Shown here: one piece after another, positions 18,895 through 28,250 of the stretch
Position numbering within the stretch: position 1 is the stretch's first letter
How the letters are laid out: each line of letters opens with the position of its first letter
IMG/VR virus record: IMGVR_UViG_3300023214_000431
Direction: 5' to 3' (one strand)
DNA: 58,125 nucleotides
From: an uncultured virus (IMG/VR IMGVR_UViG_3300023214_000431)
Taxonomy: Duplodnaviria; Heunggongvirae; Uroviricota; Caudoviricetes
Made by a program: the position numbers and the translations under genes
Notes under the pieces: model-generated
Told to the model about the DNA's origin: nothing
What the model saw: only the letters and a program-made list of their open reading frames with translations
The model's database searches: none

Positions 18895-19974
18895 ATGTTC
18901 GAGATCGCATCGTTCGGGGCCGAGAGCCCCGCAGCCAAGCAAGAAAAGAAACTCGCCGCCAAGAAGACCGCGCCCAAAAAGGTCGCGCCCAAAGACCGTC
19001 AGGCCATGAGGAACACTCGTCAAAAGAGCCTCATCATAGATCTGGTCAAGACCGCGCAGGCTTGTAAGAAAAACGGCATCGATCTATCGAACCCGACCAT
19101 CCGTGCCACACTCATCGCGGCCGGTGGGTCGGCAACCGCACTGGCCGCGCGCATCGGTCCTAAAAAGACCCTCAAGTGCATCCAGCACTTCACCAGACTC
19201 GCCGACAAACATGGTAAGTACATTCGCCATCTCGAACGCAACTACCGCGAGATGCGCCTGTTCGCGCGCAACCTCGAACGCGCGCTCGGCGCGCCCATGG
19301 ACAAGCCCACCAAGAAGGCTGTCGAAAACAGCGCCAAGGTTGGTGCGTGGGGTCTCGTACTCGCACTTGCCGCTGTAGGCACAGGCGCATTCTTTGTGCT
19401 TCGTCAGTTCTCCAAAGAACAGGAAAACGGTGCCGCTGATAAGACCAAGGACGAGCCCGCCAAGGAGCCCACCAAGATCAAGGTCAAGCTCAAGGACGCC
19501 GCCAAGAAAGCATGGATTCCCGCCGAGAAATCCATGAAGGCAACCGACACCGGCATCACCCTCATCTACGAGGGCGACTTCAAGGGCAAGCCCTTCCGGG
19601 TCGAGTGCAAGGAAGGTCACCAACCCGTGTGGTCGGGTCTTCGTTGGACCTGTATGCCCAACGCCATGGTCGCCAAAATCGCGATCCCAGAGGCCGAAAA
19701 GCCCAAGGTTGCCGGTTTCCGTTCGGGTGACATCCACGGCAAGGACATGCAGGGCATCGAGAGCTGCGGCGCGGGCCTCGAAGAAATCGTCGGCAAGATC
19801 GACTATAGTCAGGTCGCCCCTGCGTCCATGAATGTCCCCCCAGGCACCCTGGCGCAATACCGGGGCGTTCGCAGCCAGATGCCGATGGACAGGGCCTTCA
19901 ACGCCCTGGCCACCGACCGTCGCATGCCCATCGTGTGGCCCGGCTCGCGTGGGGGATATTCCTACAACCCCTGA
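18895..19974 (+). CDS. Protein with central TM
   Basis: AAGGAG RBS; VGAWGLVLALAAVGTGAFFVL; CK...WTC Cys pair. Confidence 0.8.
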   Translation: MFEIASFGAESPAAKQEKKLAAKKTAPKKVAPKDRQAMRNTRQKSLIIDLVKTAQACKKNGIDLSNPTIRATLIAAGGSATALAARIGPKKTLKCIQHFTRLADKHGKYIRHLERNYREMRLFARNLERALGAPMDKPTKKAVENSAKVGAWGLVLALAAVGTGAFFVLRQFSKEQENGAADKTKDEPAKEPTKIKVKLKDAAKKAWIPAEKSMKATDTGITLIYEGDFKGKPFRVECKEGHQPVWSGLRWTCMPNAMVAKIAIPEAEKPKVAGFRSGDIHGKDMQGIESCGAGLEEIVGKIDYSQVAPASMNVPPGTLAQYRGVRSQMPMDRAFNALATDRRMPIVWPGSRGGYSYNP

Positions 19975-19994
19975 ATGAGCGAGGGTGGTTCCGC

Positions 19995-20032
19995 GTCAAG
20001 TATCTTGCTAGTATTTTATTAAGATAGTTGAC
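19995..20032. promoter_or_regulatory. Inverted repeat/operator in an AT-rich promoter
   Basis: GTCAAGTATCTT-N14-AAGATAGTTGAC (11/12 match), overlapping TTGACA at 20028. Confidence 0.55.
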
Positions 20033-20045
20033 AAGGAGCCTTCCG

Positions 20046-20882
20046 ATGCAGCGTATAAAGTTTCTCTCTTTCTGCCTTCCCGTCCTGGCCTGCGGCACCA
20101 ATCCCGATCCCGCAAGCCACCACCCCAACAAAGGAGAGATCGCCCCGCAGCCGAGCACGCCCAATCGAAGCCGCATGATGTCTGCCGTTTGCACGGCGGC
20201 AATGCTGGCCCTGGGAGCCTGTGGGGGCGATACTGACGCCATGCCAGACGAAACAACAGACGCCGAAATCGTGGAGACCGCAGACGCGGGCGCCGCAGGC
20301 ACCACTGGCATGGAAGCTGGGGGCAGCGGTGGCGCGCAAGGGGGCAACGCGGAGGCTCCCCAGGACACCGGAACGGCAGGGGCGGCAGGCTCGGGCGGGC
20401 AGCCTGAGATCGGCGAAGGTGGCTCTGCTGGGAGCGCGGACGGTGGCCAGGGCGGCGCGCCTGCACCCGAGTACCCGGAGCCTCCCGCCAAAGAGGATTT
20501 GACATGGGAGCATGTCTTCACAAATAACAAGTACCTCTTGGTCGAGCACCTCACCTATCGAGATGGGACATACACCCGCACGCGCACGTACACCATCATC
20601 CGCAATTCACTCGGCGAGATCGAAGGGATGTATGGATGCGTTGCACATTTGATCACTGAGAACAGCGTCCGCCCCGAGGAAAAAGGGCCTTTCCTCATCA
20701 TCCGTCACGCCACCAAGGAAGACTTCACCACATACAATATCAAGCCTGCGTTCTCACTCAAAGACGCCTGGTTTGGTGAAGACTTCCCTACCAGCTATCT
20801 CAATGAACTCTTCACCGCTTGGATGCAAAGCGGAGGCAGAGGCTGCTTTTTTCCCAAATCCCTGAAAGAAAGCGAAAGCTGA
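20046..20882 (+). CDS. Lipoprotein with Gly/Ala-rich linker (moron-like)
   Basis: AAGGAG RBS; lipobox-like VLAC-G and a second MLALGAC-GG (alternative start 20175); AGAAGSGG linker. Confidence 0.65.
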   Translation: MQRIKFLSFCLPVLACGTNPDPASHHPNKGEIAPQPSTPNRSRMMSAVCTAAMLALGACGGDTDAMPDETTDAEIVETADAGAAGTTGMEAGGSGGAQGGNAEAPQDTGTAGAAGSGGQPEIGEGGSAGSADGGQGGAPAPEYPEPPAKEDLTWEHVFTNNKYLLVEHLTYRDGTYTRTRTYTIIRNSLGEIEGMYGCVAHLITENSVRPEEKGPFLIIRHATKEDFTTYNIKPAFSLKDAWFGEDFPTSYLNELFTAWMQSGGRGCFFPKSLKESES

Positions 20883-20885
20883 ACC

Positions 20886-21797
20886 ATGGCCAAGACCGAG
20901 TTTGTCTCCAAGCTCAAGAGGGAACGAAAGAAAAACCGCGTCGCTGCTGATGGACTTCTTTCGGATCAGGAGGCTCTCAACCTGGGCAGCCTCTTCGACA
21001 TCAAACCTGCGCCCGAAGGTTCAGCGGGACTCGACAAGTTCGGTAAGCCCGAGCGTCTTTTGAACATCGAAGGGCAAGATGATGACTCCGAAACCATCCT
21101 CTTGACCTTTGAGCAACAGGTGACATTTCTTGAGCCATCTCAAGCTGCTGTTCCAGGGCCCGTCATCATCCTAGTCGAGTTCGGCACTGGTTCAGGTCTC
21201 AGTCGACTGGAGTTTGATTTGCCATCTCCTGTCGGGGGTCCAGCCCCCAACGCATCATCTGGCGGACTTGCCACCGCGAATATCTTCACGCCGCTCAAAA
21301 GCAACGCGGTCACCGTTGTTCTTCCGGCCAGTAGCATCCGCGCGTTTGCGCGCAACGATGCCATGACTGGATTTCTCAATGACTTCAACGGAACCACCGT
21401 CAACAGCAACGGCGGCTCCGAAGCTATCAGACAAACGCCTGCAAAGGTTCGTGTACATGCCGCCTACGGCAAAGCCAACATGGTCAAGCAGTGCGTGCGG
21501 CGCCAATACTACATCTCCGCTGGCGGCGACTCGAACTTGGGCCCTGTCGAGAATATCGTCATCGGCTTGCCCCCATTCGCGCAGAAAGTCTGGTTTCCGC
21601 GCACACCCTTTGACCAACCTCTCAGCATTTCGTTGGTTGATTACTATGGTCTGACGACAGCAACCATCGACATCCCCGGCGACTCTTTCGGTACCATCGA
21701 CATTCCACCCCACACAGGCGCCATCATTGTTGCGAATCCAGAGGCTAATCCTGGCGACTTTACTGCTCTGAGCGCTGTCTTTGATCTCGGGTTCTAA
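20886..21797 (+). CDS. Beta-rich putative structural protein (possibly two beta-sandwich domains)
   Basis: 303 aa with alternating beta patterns (VIILVEFG, RLEFDL, VRVHA, LSISL, AVFDL). Confidence 0.7.
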   Translation: MAKTEFVSKLKRERKKNRVAADGLLSDQEALNLGSLFDIKPAPEGSAGLDKFGKPERLLNIEGQDDDSETILLTFEQQVTFLEPSQAAVPGPVIILVEFGTGSGLSRLEFDLPSPVGGPAPNASSGGLATANIFTPLKSNAVTVVLPASSIRAFARNDAMTGFLNDFNGTTVNSNGGSEAIRQTPAKVRVHAAYGKANMVKQCVRRQYYISAGGDSNLGPVENIVIGLPPFAQKVWFPRTPFDQPLSISLVDYYGLTTATIDIPGDSFGTIDIPPHTGAIIVANPEANPGDFTALSAVFDLGF

Positions 21798-21800
21798 GCC

Positions 21801-22241
21801 ATGAGCAACACAAACTACGCAATCAGCAAAGACCCGCAAGGGAACCTCGTCTTCAATCGCGCGCCATTACTTCAATCCGGCAACAACGCAGGCGTCACAG
21901 TAGGCCCCGTTCCAACAGCCTACGAGCTGACAAGGCCGCGCAGCGGAAACTTCGCTTATCTTCAGCGCATCGAAGCCGTATGCTTGGCTACCGGGCCAAC
22001 TGGTGGAGGTTTCTTCCATCTCGTTGGTGCGACAGGCGCATCGCTCGGTTCCTTCGCCTACCGGCGTTTTCCAATTCCGGAAAGAGCACCTGCGGGCCTT
22101 CGCCTTTCTTGGGAATTCCCAACACCACTTCGTTCCGACGCGCGCAACTCAGCCTTTCATATATTGCAAAGCACATCGGGAATTGGTCGCTGGTACTTCA
22201 CCGCAGGCGGTTTTTATTCAGAGGCCCAGGCCGACACCTGA
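21801..22241 (+). CDS. Beta-rich putative structural protein
   Basis: 146 aa; YLQRIEAV, LSWEFPTPL, WYFTAGGF. Confidence 0.7.
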   Translation: MSNTNYAISKDPQGNLVFNRAPLLQSGNNAGVTVGPVPTAYELTRPRSGNFAYLQRIEAVCLATGPTGGGFFHLVGATGASLGSFAYRRFPIPERAPAGLRLSWEFPTPLRSDARNSAFHILQSTSGIGRWYFTAGGFYSEAQADT

Positions 22242-22918
22242 TGCCATTTCCTCTCATCATAGCGGTGCTCCTGGGCCTGGTTGCCCTCGGAGCATCGAGC
22301 GGAGGGCATAGCGTCCCCCCGTCTCAGCGCCGGTCTCGTTTGCGAACGGGACCGGTGTCTTCAAAGCTACTCACCTACAACCTGCTACGTGGGACGGTTC
22401 AAGAGAGCCCCGCGCAAATAGCAGCATTGATCGAGCGCAAGACAGGGCGCTCACTCGATCTTCCTGTCGTGGTCCTGGCCTCGATGATTGCGTCAGAGAC
22501 CGGGAGTGGGCCGCGATCTGCGAAAGCCGCTGTAGCGTGGGCGGCACGCAACGAGGCCAGGGCCACTGCCAGAACTATTTTGCAGCTTCTCATCCCGCGT
22601 GGGCAGCTTGGCGCCCAGGGCGTAGCAGGGCGCGGGTATGCAGCGACGGCACGACCACCCAATCCCATCGATCTGGACGTAGCACAGGCAGTGCTGGAGA
22701 ACCGAATTGCAGATGTCTCGGAAGGCTCGCGTTACTTCGATTCTCCTGCGGCGTTCGAGAAACTTCGTGGGACCGAAGGTTACGAACCGGGACGCGCACA
22801 GGAGCGCGTCGCGCGCATGGAAGCGCGCGGCTACGAGCCCTACTATGTGCCTGGGGTGAACCCTCGTTACTTGCGTCTTTGGCGCAAGGAGGGTGTGGCT
22901 GGGAGTCTCGCAGCATGA
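22241..22918 (+). CDS. Membrane-anchored cell wall hydrolase, SleB/Hydrolase_2-like
   Basis: MPFPLIIAVLLGLVALG anchor; LASMIASE (catalytic Glu), KAAVAWAARN, D.SEGSRYF. Confidence 0.65.
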   Translation: MPFPLIIAVLLGLVALGASSGGHSVPPSQRRSRLRTGPVSSKLLTYNLLRGTVQESPAQIAALIERKTGRSLDLPVVVLASMIASETGSGPRSAKAAVAWAARNEARATARTILQLLIPRGQLGAQGVAGRGYAATARPPNPIDLDVAQAVLENRIADVSEGSRYFDSPAAFEKLRGTEGYEPGRAQERVARMEARGYEPYYVPGVNPRYLRLWRKEGVAGSLAA

Positions 22919-23547
22919 GCTTCATTCAGATGGGATACATGGGCGGTCCTCGCGCCGAGGCCGCCATGCAAAGGCGCGCTGAAAACACGCTCAACTACGC
23001 TGAGAAGTGGGCTCCTGTTTTCGGTGCGCCGCTGTCGTGGCTGATGGCCTTGGCCGAGATGGAATCGTCTCACATTCCGACCAAGGTCAACATGGCCGCG
23101 CGTCACAAGGGCGGCGCCTGGGGTCTGCTGCAACAAATGGCTGACGAGGTTCCCTACAAGCTCAAGGTCATCAAGCGCTTCTATGGTCGGCGGGGCAAGC
23201 CACACGCAGCGCGTGTGCAGCAAACCCTTCGCAAGTGGAAGGGCAACCCGAAGGCTCTACTCGATCCAGACTTGAACGTGATGCTTGCTGCGTGGCAGCT
23301 CGGACGCTTGAACCGCGTGTTCGATGGCAACTTCGCCAACGCCTTCGCCGCTTATCACCAAGGCGAGTACGCCGTCAAGCGGCGTTTGAAGCAAGGGCTT
23401 CCTTCAGTCGATCCACGCAAGCAGCCCAAGGGCTATGCCTACGTCAACGAAGCCGCCCACGCGCGAATGAAGTACATCCCGATGCTCATCGCTCGTCTCG
23501 AAGAGCGCCTTGCAACTCAATGGACGCCATATCTGGCGATGGACTGA
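22915..23547 (+). CDS. SLT-family lytic transglycosylase
   Basis: LMALAEMESS (motif I), GAWGLLQ (II), LLDPDLNV, AAYHQG (III). Confidence 0.9.
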   Translation: MSFIQMGYMGGPRAEAAMQRRAENTLNYAEKWAPVFGAPLSWLMALAEMESSHIPTKVNMAARHKGGAWGLLQQMADEVPYKLKVIKRFYGRRGKPHAARVQQTLRKWKGNPKALLDPDLNVMLAAWQLGRLNRVFDGNFANAFAAYHQGEYAVKRRLKQGLPSVDPRKQPKGYAYVNEAAHARMKYIPMLIARLEERLATQWTPYLAMD

Positions 23548-23550
23548 CCT

Positions 23551-23856
23551 ATGTTCTGGCTTTTCCCTCTTGCTCTCATTGCATTGCTTGCCGCCCGCTC
23601 AGGTTCAAGCGAGCAAGGCGAGACCCTCGTCGAGCAAAAAGAGCGCGAGCAGCGCGAGCGCACCGAACGCGAACAGCGCCGAGCAAGAGCCATTGCAGCA
23701 CGGAAAGCCGCAGACAAAAGACGCGCAGAAGAGTACGCACGTCAGGATAAGTTCTTCGAGGACACACGCGGCAAGCTCAATGAAGCACAACGCGACCTCG
23801 ACCAACTCAAAAAAGACATTTCCGAATTGAACGGGGAAGACCCCCACCATCTGTGA
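23551..23856 (+). CDS. Small TM + coiled-coil protein
   Basis: MFWLFPLALIALLAA; ends ELNGEDPHHL. Confidence 0.75.
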   Translation: MFWLFPLALIALLAARSGSSEQGETLVEQKEREQRERTEREQRRARAIAARKAADKRRAEEYARQDKFFEDTRGKLNEAQRDLDQLKKDISELNGEDPHHL

Positions 23857-23866
23857 AAAGGAGAGC

Positions 23867-24118
23867 GTGATGATCTGGTTGTTGCCCCTGTTGCTATTTG
23901 GTGCATACGCCGCCGCAAGCCGCACCGAGGACCAAGCTCTTGCCGACGCCGAGCAAAAGCGTCTCCGTGAGATCAAGGAAATGGAGCGCAAACTCGCCGA
24001 GGAAGCTGCGCGCGCCGCTGCCAACAAGAAACAAGGCGAGCAGTTCCTGGCCATGAAGCCTGTCGTTGCATCGCCCGAGTTGTATGAACTCAACGGCGAG
24101 CACCCACGCCACCTGTGA
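23867..24118 (+). CDS. Small TM + coiled-coil protein, paralog of the previous ORF
   Basis: AAGGAG RBS; MIWLLPLLLFGA; ends ELNGEHPRHL. Confidence 0.75.
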   Translation: MMIWLLPLLLFGAYAAASRTEDQALADAEQKRLREIKEMERKLAEEAARAAANKKQGEQFLAMKPVVASPELYELNGEHPRHL

Positions 24119-24855
24119 ACTTGGAAAGCCTTCTCGTGATGGACGGACGTACATTCTGGGACATCTTTGTCGGAGCACGCATTCCCGACAAAGAGCTGAT
24201 GGCTTTGGGCGAAGACATCGGCTACATGCGCGGTGCCCTTTCCCAAGGAGGGCAGGCCGCGCTACTCAAGCTCGGCTTCGCCCTCAAGATGCGTGGGTCC
24301 ATCGTCACGAGCCAGCAGATCTTCACAGCTCTCAAGCGCGAGATGCCTGGCATCTTCTCGCGCAAGGGTTTGTTGATGGGGCTTGCCAGTCAGTACGACG
24401 ACCGCGTTGCCTACGGCGTGTTGCGGCCTGACGTTCGAGGCTACATCGACGATGTTGCTGCTCACCTGCCTCCCGCAACCAAGGCAGCAAAGCCCGACAT
24501 CGCCGTTCACACCTCGAAGCCAACCAAGCCGGAATGGAAGCCAACCCTCGCACCGGACAAGCCCCCAGAGGGCCTGACCATGGACGAGTACAACCTGTTA
24601 CAAGCGGTCGTCCGCAAGCTCGGCGATCCAAAGACCAGCGCGCAGGTGACCGCTCCGCAACTGGCTGCGGCCCGCAACCTGGCAGCGCGAGGCAAAATGG
24701 GAAACACCCTGCGCGTGCTCGACCAGGAGATCGCAAGGCGTGGCGAAGGCGCCCAGGACGGCACCACCACTGTCGAAGAGCCTTCCCGCGCAGGCTTCGG
24801 CAAAGCAGGCGTCATTGCGATCTTGGCCCTGTTTTTCTTCTTCCTGCGCAGATAA
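24115..24855 (+). CDS. Protein with C-terminal TM
   Basis: Coupled GTGA start; ends AGVIAILALFFFFLRR. Confidence 0.75.
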   Translation: MNLESLLVMDGRTFWDIFVGARIPDKELMALGEDIGYMRGALSQGGQAALLKLGFALKMRGSIVTSQQIFTALKREMPGIFSRKGLLMGLASQYDDRVAYGVLRPDVRGYIDDVAAHLPPATKAAKPDIAVHTSKPTKPEWKPTLAPDKPPEGLTMDEYNLLQAVVRKLGDPKTSAQVTAPQLAAARNLAARGKMGNTLRVLDQEIARRGEGAQDGTTTVEEPSRAGFGKAGVIAILALFFFFLRR

Positions 24856-24907
24856 TCGAACATCGACATTACGGGCCACACGGCCTAAAATCACACGCGA
24901 GGTCCAC

Positions 24908-25174
24908 ATGGGCTTGATCTCAATTGGAAATTCACCCGAAGCCAGACGCGAGCTGGAGTACCAGCATCCGCGTATGGCACCGCACGCCGACATGGCACCG
25001 CACGCCGACATGGCACCGCACGCCGACATGACACCGCACGCCGACATGGGCGGTGTCATCGATGTGGGTGGTGACTCACCCGGTTTCTTCTCGTCCTTCG
25101 GCTCCGGGCTCGGCAAGGGAATGGGCGTCGCCATCGGCTTTGGCGCCGCTGTGTGGTTGTTGGCGAGAAAATGA
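24908..25174 (+). CDS. Small membrane protein with MAPHAD repeats
   Basis: GAGG RBS; (M[AT]PHAD)4; C-terminal GMGVAIGFGAAVWLL. Confidence 0.7.
   Translation: MGLISIGNSPEARRELEYQHPRMAPHADMAPHADMAPHADMTPHADMGGVIDVGGDSPGFFSSFGSGLGKGMGVAIGFGAAVWLLARK
24974..25048 (+). repeat. 18 nt tandem repeat x4
   Basis: ATGGCACCGCACGCCGAC x3 plus ATGACACCGCACGCCGAC. Confidence 0.95.
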
Positions 25175-25476
25175 GCGTTCCCACCGAACAAGAAATGCTC
25201 ATCATGCGCGAGGCTCTCGAAGCTGGCCGTAAAGGTTCAGCAACGATGACCATCCTCGCCGAAGCGCACGACATCGCGGCTCGCCATGACATGAAAGCGA
25301 CCATCGAAGAGCTACGTCGGCACATCTACAATCTCTTGCCGCACCCTGGACCACCACCCCTCAACAAAAAGACCGTCTTCTATACCATCATCCTCGGTCT
25401 CATCTCTGGCCTTGCTTCAGCCTTCTTCTTCTCGAAAACGCGCCTCAAGTCGCGCCTTGGTTTGACGGAGAACTAA
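25171..25476 (+). CDS. Small helical protein with C-terminal TM
   Basis: ATGA-coupled; VFYTIILGLISGLASAFFF. Confidence 0.7.
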   Translation: MSVPTEQEMLIMREALEAGRKGSATMTILAEAHDIAARHDMKATIEELRRHIYNLLPHPGPPPLNKKTVFYTIILGLISGLASAFFFSKTRLKSRLGLTEN

Positions 25477-25815
25477 ATGAGCTGTCTCGCAGGTCTTAAC
25501 GATTTCCTCACGGCTGACGTTCCCGCCGTCAACGGCGGTGTTGGCGCCGATCTCGATGTCTCATCGCTGGTCGCAAAAAAGACCATCTACCTATCGGGCA
25601 TCTTCAATGGTCGCTACACCATCTTGGGCTCGCACGACGACGTGCGCTTCGTTCCCATCGCAATGTTCGAGGGCGACGCCGCACGTTTCGGAACCTCGGG
25701 CCCACAGACCGTGAAAAAGGAGATCGAGCTGACCATCAAGACCGTCAAGGTCTCTCGTGCAGCCGACCGCACCGTCAACATTTCCATCGCAGGCCAACAG
25801 ACCTGCGCCTGCTAG
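25477..25815 (+). CDS. Stand-alone spike-base beta domain
   Basis: KKTIYLSGIFNGRYTILGSHDD resembles the N-domains of ORFs 33475 and 35817; ends IAGQQTCAC. Confidence 0.7.
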   Translation: MSCLAGLNDFLTADVPAVNGGVGADLDVSSLVAKKTIYLSGIFNGRYTILGSHDDVRFVPIAMFEGDAARFGTSGPQTVKKEIELTIKTVKVSRAADRTVNISIAGQQTCAC

Positions 25816-25859
25816 TCACTTATGAGCTTTCCTGAAACCCCAATCTGAAAGTGCCTTCC

Positions 25860-26825
25860 ATGCAATCCCCATTCGCAAACACGCCAGCTCAATACGTCAA
25901 CCAGCAAAGCCAGCCCCGCACCCCGTCGCCCGCCGATGGCCCGGTCGCCCAACAAGGCGGCGCAGTCGACGAAAGCGACCAACGCGTGCAAGCAGCCCTC
26001 TACAAGATCAAGGAGCTGAAGAGCGAGCTACAAAACGCCTTCAACCCCTACAGCCTCAAGAACATCCTCGAAGGCACACTCAACCTTCTCGAATACGTAC
26101 TCGGCGGCCAGATCAGCGCAGCGGTCAGCAATCAGGTTCCCGGCGCTCCGGTTGCCACGCAAGATCCGAATGCGGCCCATGTGCAGTTCTCCAGCTCGCA
26201 GCCGCACCCGACCCCTGGCTCGCCCATCAACAACGGCGATGTCCAATTCGTCCCGGGCCCACCAGCGCAGCCCACCCCCGTTGCAGGCCAACAGCCCAAC
26301 GGCCAGACCGTCGAATACTACGGCGGTCCCGCAGGCTCGCCCTATGAGTCTGGCGCCGCGCAAAAGGTCGAGTTTTTCGCTGGCCCCGGCGCTGGCCAGC
26401 AGGCCCAGCCGCCCTCGACCACCCAAGACTTCCAGCAGGCCCCCCAGATGCCTCAGCAGCCCGCTCACGACCCCCGAGCGGGCATGCCGGTACAACCGGG
26501 CCAGCCCAGCCCCGACAACCCCACGGGCGCCACATTCACGCCTGGCACACCCCCCGTCTCCGTCGAGGCCGGGCGCCAGGTGCCACAAGCCGGTGCCCCC
26601 GTCCAGGCGCCCCCGCCTGCCGCTGTGTCGACCGTCCCCCCCGACCGGCCCGCGTCCGTGCCGCCCTCCGATCCACAGGCGAGCCTCACCCCGGAGCAAA
26701 TCGCCTCGATGCCCCTGCCAGTGGCTGAGGTGGTACAGAACAAGCCGCCCGAGCCCGCACAGCCCGCACAGCCAGCGCAACCCGCGCAGCAACCGGCAAT
26801 GCCCATTCCCACTGCCGACCAATGA
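25860..26825 (+). CDS. Pro/Gln-rich largely disordered protein with short helical core
   Basis: PAQPAQPAQ; recurring V[QE][FY] motifs. Confidence 0.75.
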   Translation: MQSPFANTPAQYVNQQSQPRTPSPADGPVAQQGGAVDESDQRVQAALYKIKELKSELQNAFNPYSLKNILEGTLNLLEYVLGGQISAAVSNQVPGAPVATQDPNAAHVQFSSSQPHPTPGSPINNGDVQFVPGPPAQPTPVAGQQPNGQTVEYYGGPAGSPYESGAAQKVEFFAGPGAGQQAQPPSTTQDFQQAPQMPQQPAHDPRAGMPVQPGQPSPDNPTGATFTPGTPPVSVEAGRQVPQAGAPVQAPPPAAVSTVPPDRPASVPPSDPQASLTPEQIASMPLPVAEVVQNKPPEPAQPAQPAQPAQQPAMPIPTADQ

Positions 26826-27520
26826 AAACCGCGCTCATTGTTCCAACGTGCGAGCGTCCATCGGGCGCTCGTTACGTTGACCGCACGCTCCTGCTTCTCC
26901 ATCAGGAGGGCGCAAGCAAATGCGACCACCGCATCCTGCTCAAAGACGGACCTCTTGACATCACGCCGCCAAAAGGCTGGAGCGTTCAGGCACACCCACG
27001 CAAGCGCGGCATCCGCGCCATGATGTGGTGGGCATTCGAGGTAGCCTCGAACCTCGATGTCGACCAACTCCTATTCGCTGAAGACGACATCGAGCCTGCA
27101 AAAAACGCCATCGCATACATCTTGCGCGAAAGCCCAAGGCTCACTAAAGATGTCGCTTTCGTCGACTTCTACGACATGCTCCACAGCCGCCACCCCCTCG
27201 AAGACGGGCTCCACAAGAAGCCCATCACCGAGCGATATTGGGGCAACCAGGCGATGCTCTTTCCTCGCCAAACCATCGAGTGGCTGCTCGACCATAACCC
27301 CTTTGCGTTCCTGCCCGACTCGGCCCCCAGCGGTGCCGATCATGTCCTCGGACGCTTGCTGGCAGCCTCCAAGTGGCCCACCTACGGCTTCCACCTGCCG
27401 CGCCTCGTGCGCCACGTTGGCGATGTCTCAGCGGCTCATCCCGATGTGCCTCGCCTCGACCATCTCACTGTCCGTACAGCCACCGCCCCAGACTTCGACG
27501 CCCTGCAAATCTCGATCTAG
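26822..27520 (+). CDS. GT-A fold glycosyltransferase
   Basis: ALIVPTCERP...YVDRTL, LLFAEDD, GAD..LG, LVRHVGDVS. Confidence 0.75.
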   Translation: MKTALIVPTCERPSGARYVDRTLLLLHQEGASKCDHRILLKDGPLDITPPKGWSVQAHPRKRGIRAMMWWAFEVASNLDVDQLLFAEDDIEPAKNAIAYILRESPRLTKDVAFVDFYDMLHSRHPLEDGLHKKPITERYWGNQAMLFPRQTIEWLLDHNPFAFLPDSAPSGADHVLGRLLAASKWPTYGFHLPRLVRHVGDVSAAHPDVPRLDHLTVRTATAPDFDALQISI

Positions 27521-27528
27521 ACCCCCCC

Positions 27529-27558
27529 TTGCGCCGCCCGGCGCTTGTCAAGTACAAT
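27529..27558 (+). promoter_or_regulatory. Possible sigma70-type promoter of the leader-family cluster
   Basis: TTGCGC-N18-TACAAT in an intergenic gap. Confidence 0.35.
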
Positions 27559-27643
27559 CTAAGCCATCGACACCACATACCCGATGACGTAGGCGCCCCC
27601 AACCTGCGCTCTCGGACACCGCCCAAACCAGCAAGGACCGGCC

Positions 27644-28108
27644 GTGTCACGTTCATCATTCGACAAAGCATTCAAGCGCGCCATGGAAGCCGCTGCCAAA
27701 GACGGCAGCAGCAGCAAACCGGTGTCGAAAAAGGTCAAACGCTCACGCGCATTTCGCGAAGAGCAGGCCAAAGACAAAAGCGCTCGCCGGTTCATCGGGC
27801 AGTGTCAGATCGACTTGAAGTTCAAGCGAATGGCCACCGATCCAAAGGGCGCCGTTCGCCCCTGGTACGTCGCCATCGTGTGCGTGGGCAAGATGCGCCA
27901 CAAGTTCTCGGTCGGCGGTCCTGCGGGGTGGGAAGAGTACAAGACGCCCATGGACGATGGCCTACTCGATGACCTGGCCATCGCAGCAGTTGGTTTTGCG
28001 CTCGACGAAGACGATGACGACGTTCCCGATCACGTCACAGAGACAGTCGAGTTGGCAGTGAAGAAGGCTCGCGAGGGCAGCAGCTACAAAGTGAGGAAAA
28101 CGATATGA
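27644..28108 (+). CDS. FxxxF-leader family protein
   Basis: MSRSSFDKAFKRAMEAA, basic linker, acidic passenger domain. Confidence 0.75.
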   Translation: MSRSSFDKAFKRAMEAAAKDGSSSKPVSKKVKRSRAFREEQAKDKSARRFIGQCQIDLKFKRMATDPKGAVRPWYVAIVCVGKMRHKFSVGGPAGWEEYKTPMDDGLLDDLAIAAVGFALDEDDDDVPDHVTETVELAVKKAREGSSYKVRKTI

Positions 28109-28236
28109 CCAAGAAACTCGACGAACTCTATGTGAAGGCTCTCGCGGCAGCGAAGAAGGAACAGTCACGTTCCAAGGCGGAAAACATCCTCGACACCGCC
28201 ATCCTCCCTGATGGCCGCAAGGTCGATTTTCACTGA
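28105..28236 (+). CDS. 43 aa near leader-only family member
   Basis: GAGGA RBS, ATGA coupling; MTKKLDELYVKALAAAKK resembles the ORF 30717 leader. Confidence 0.65.
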   Translation: MTKKLDELYVKALAAAKKEQSRSKAENILDTAILPDGRKVDFH

Positions 28237-28250
28237 GAGGTTCAAAGCAA

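Noticed and set aside
24974..25048. Possible CRISPR array
   Set aside because: Repeats are contiguous with no spacers, in frame within a CDS, and no cas genes are present
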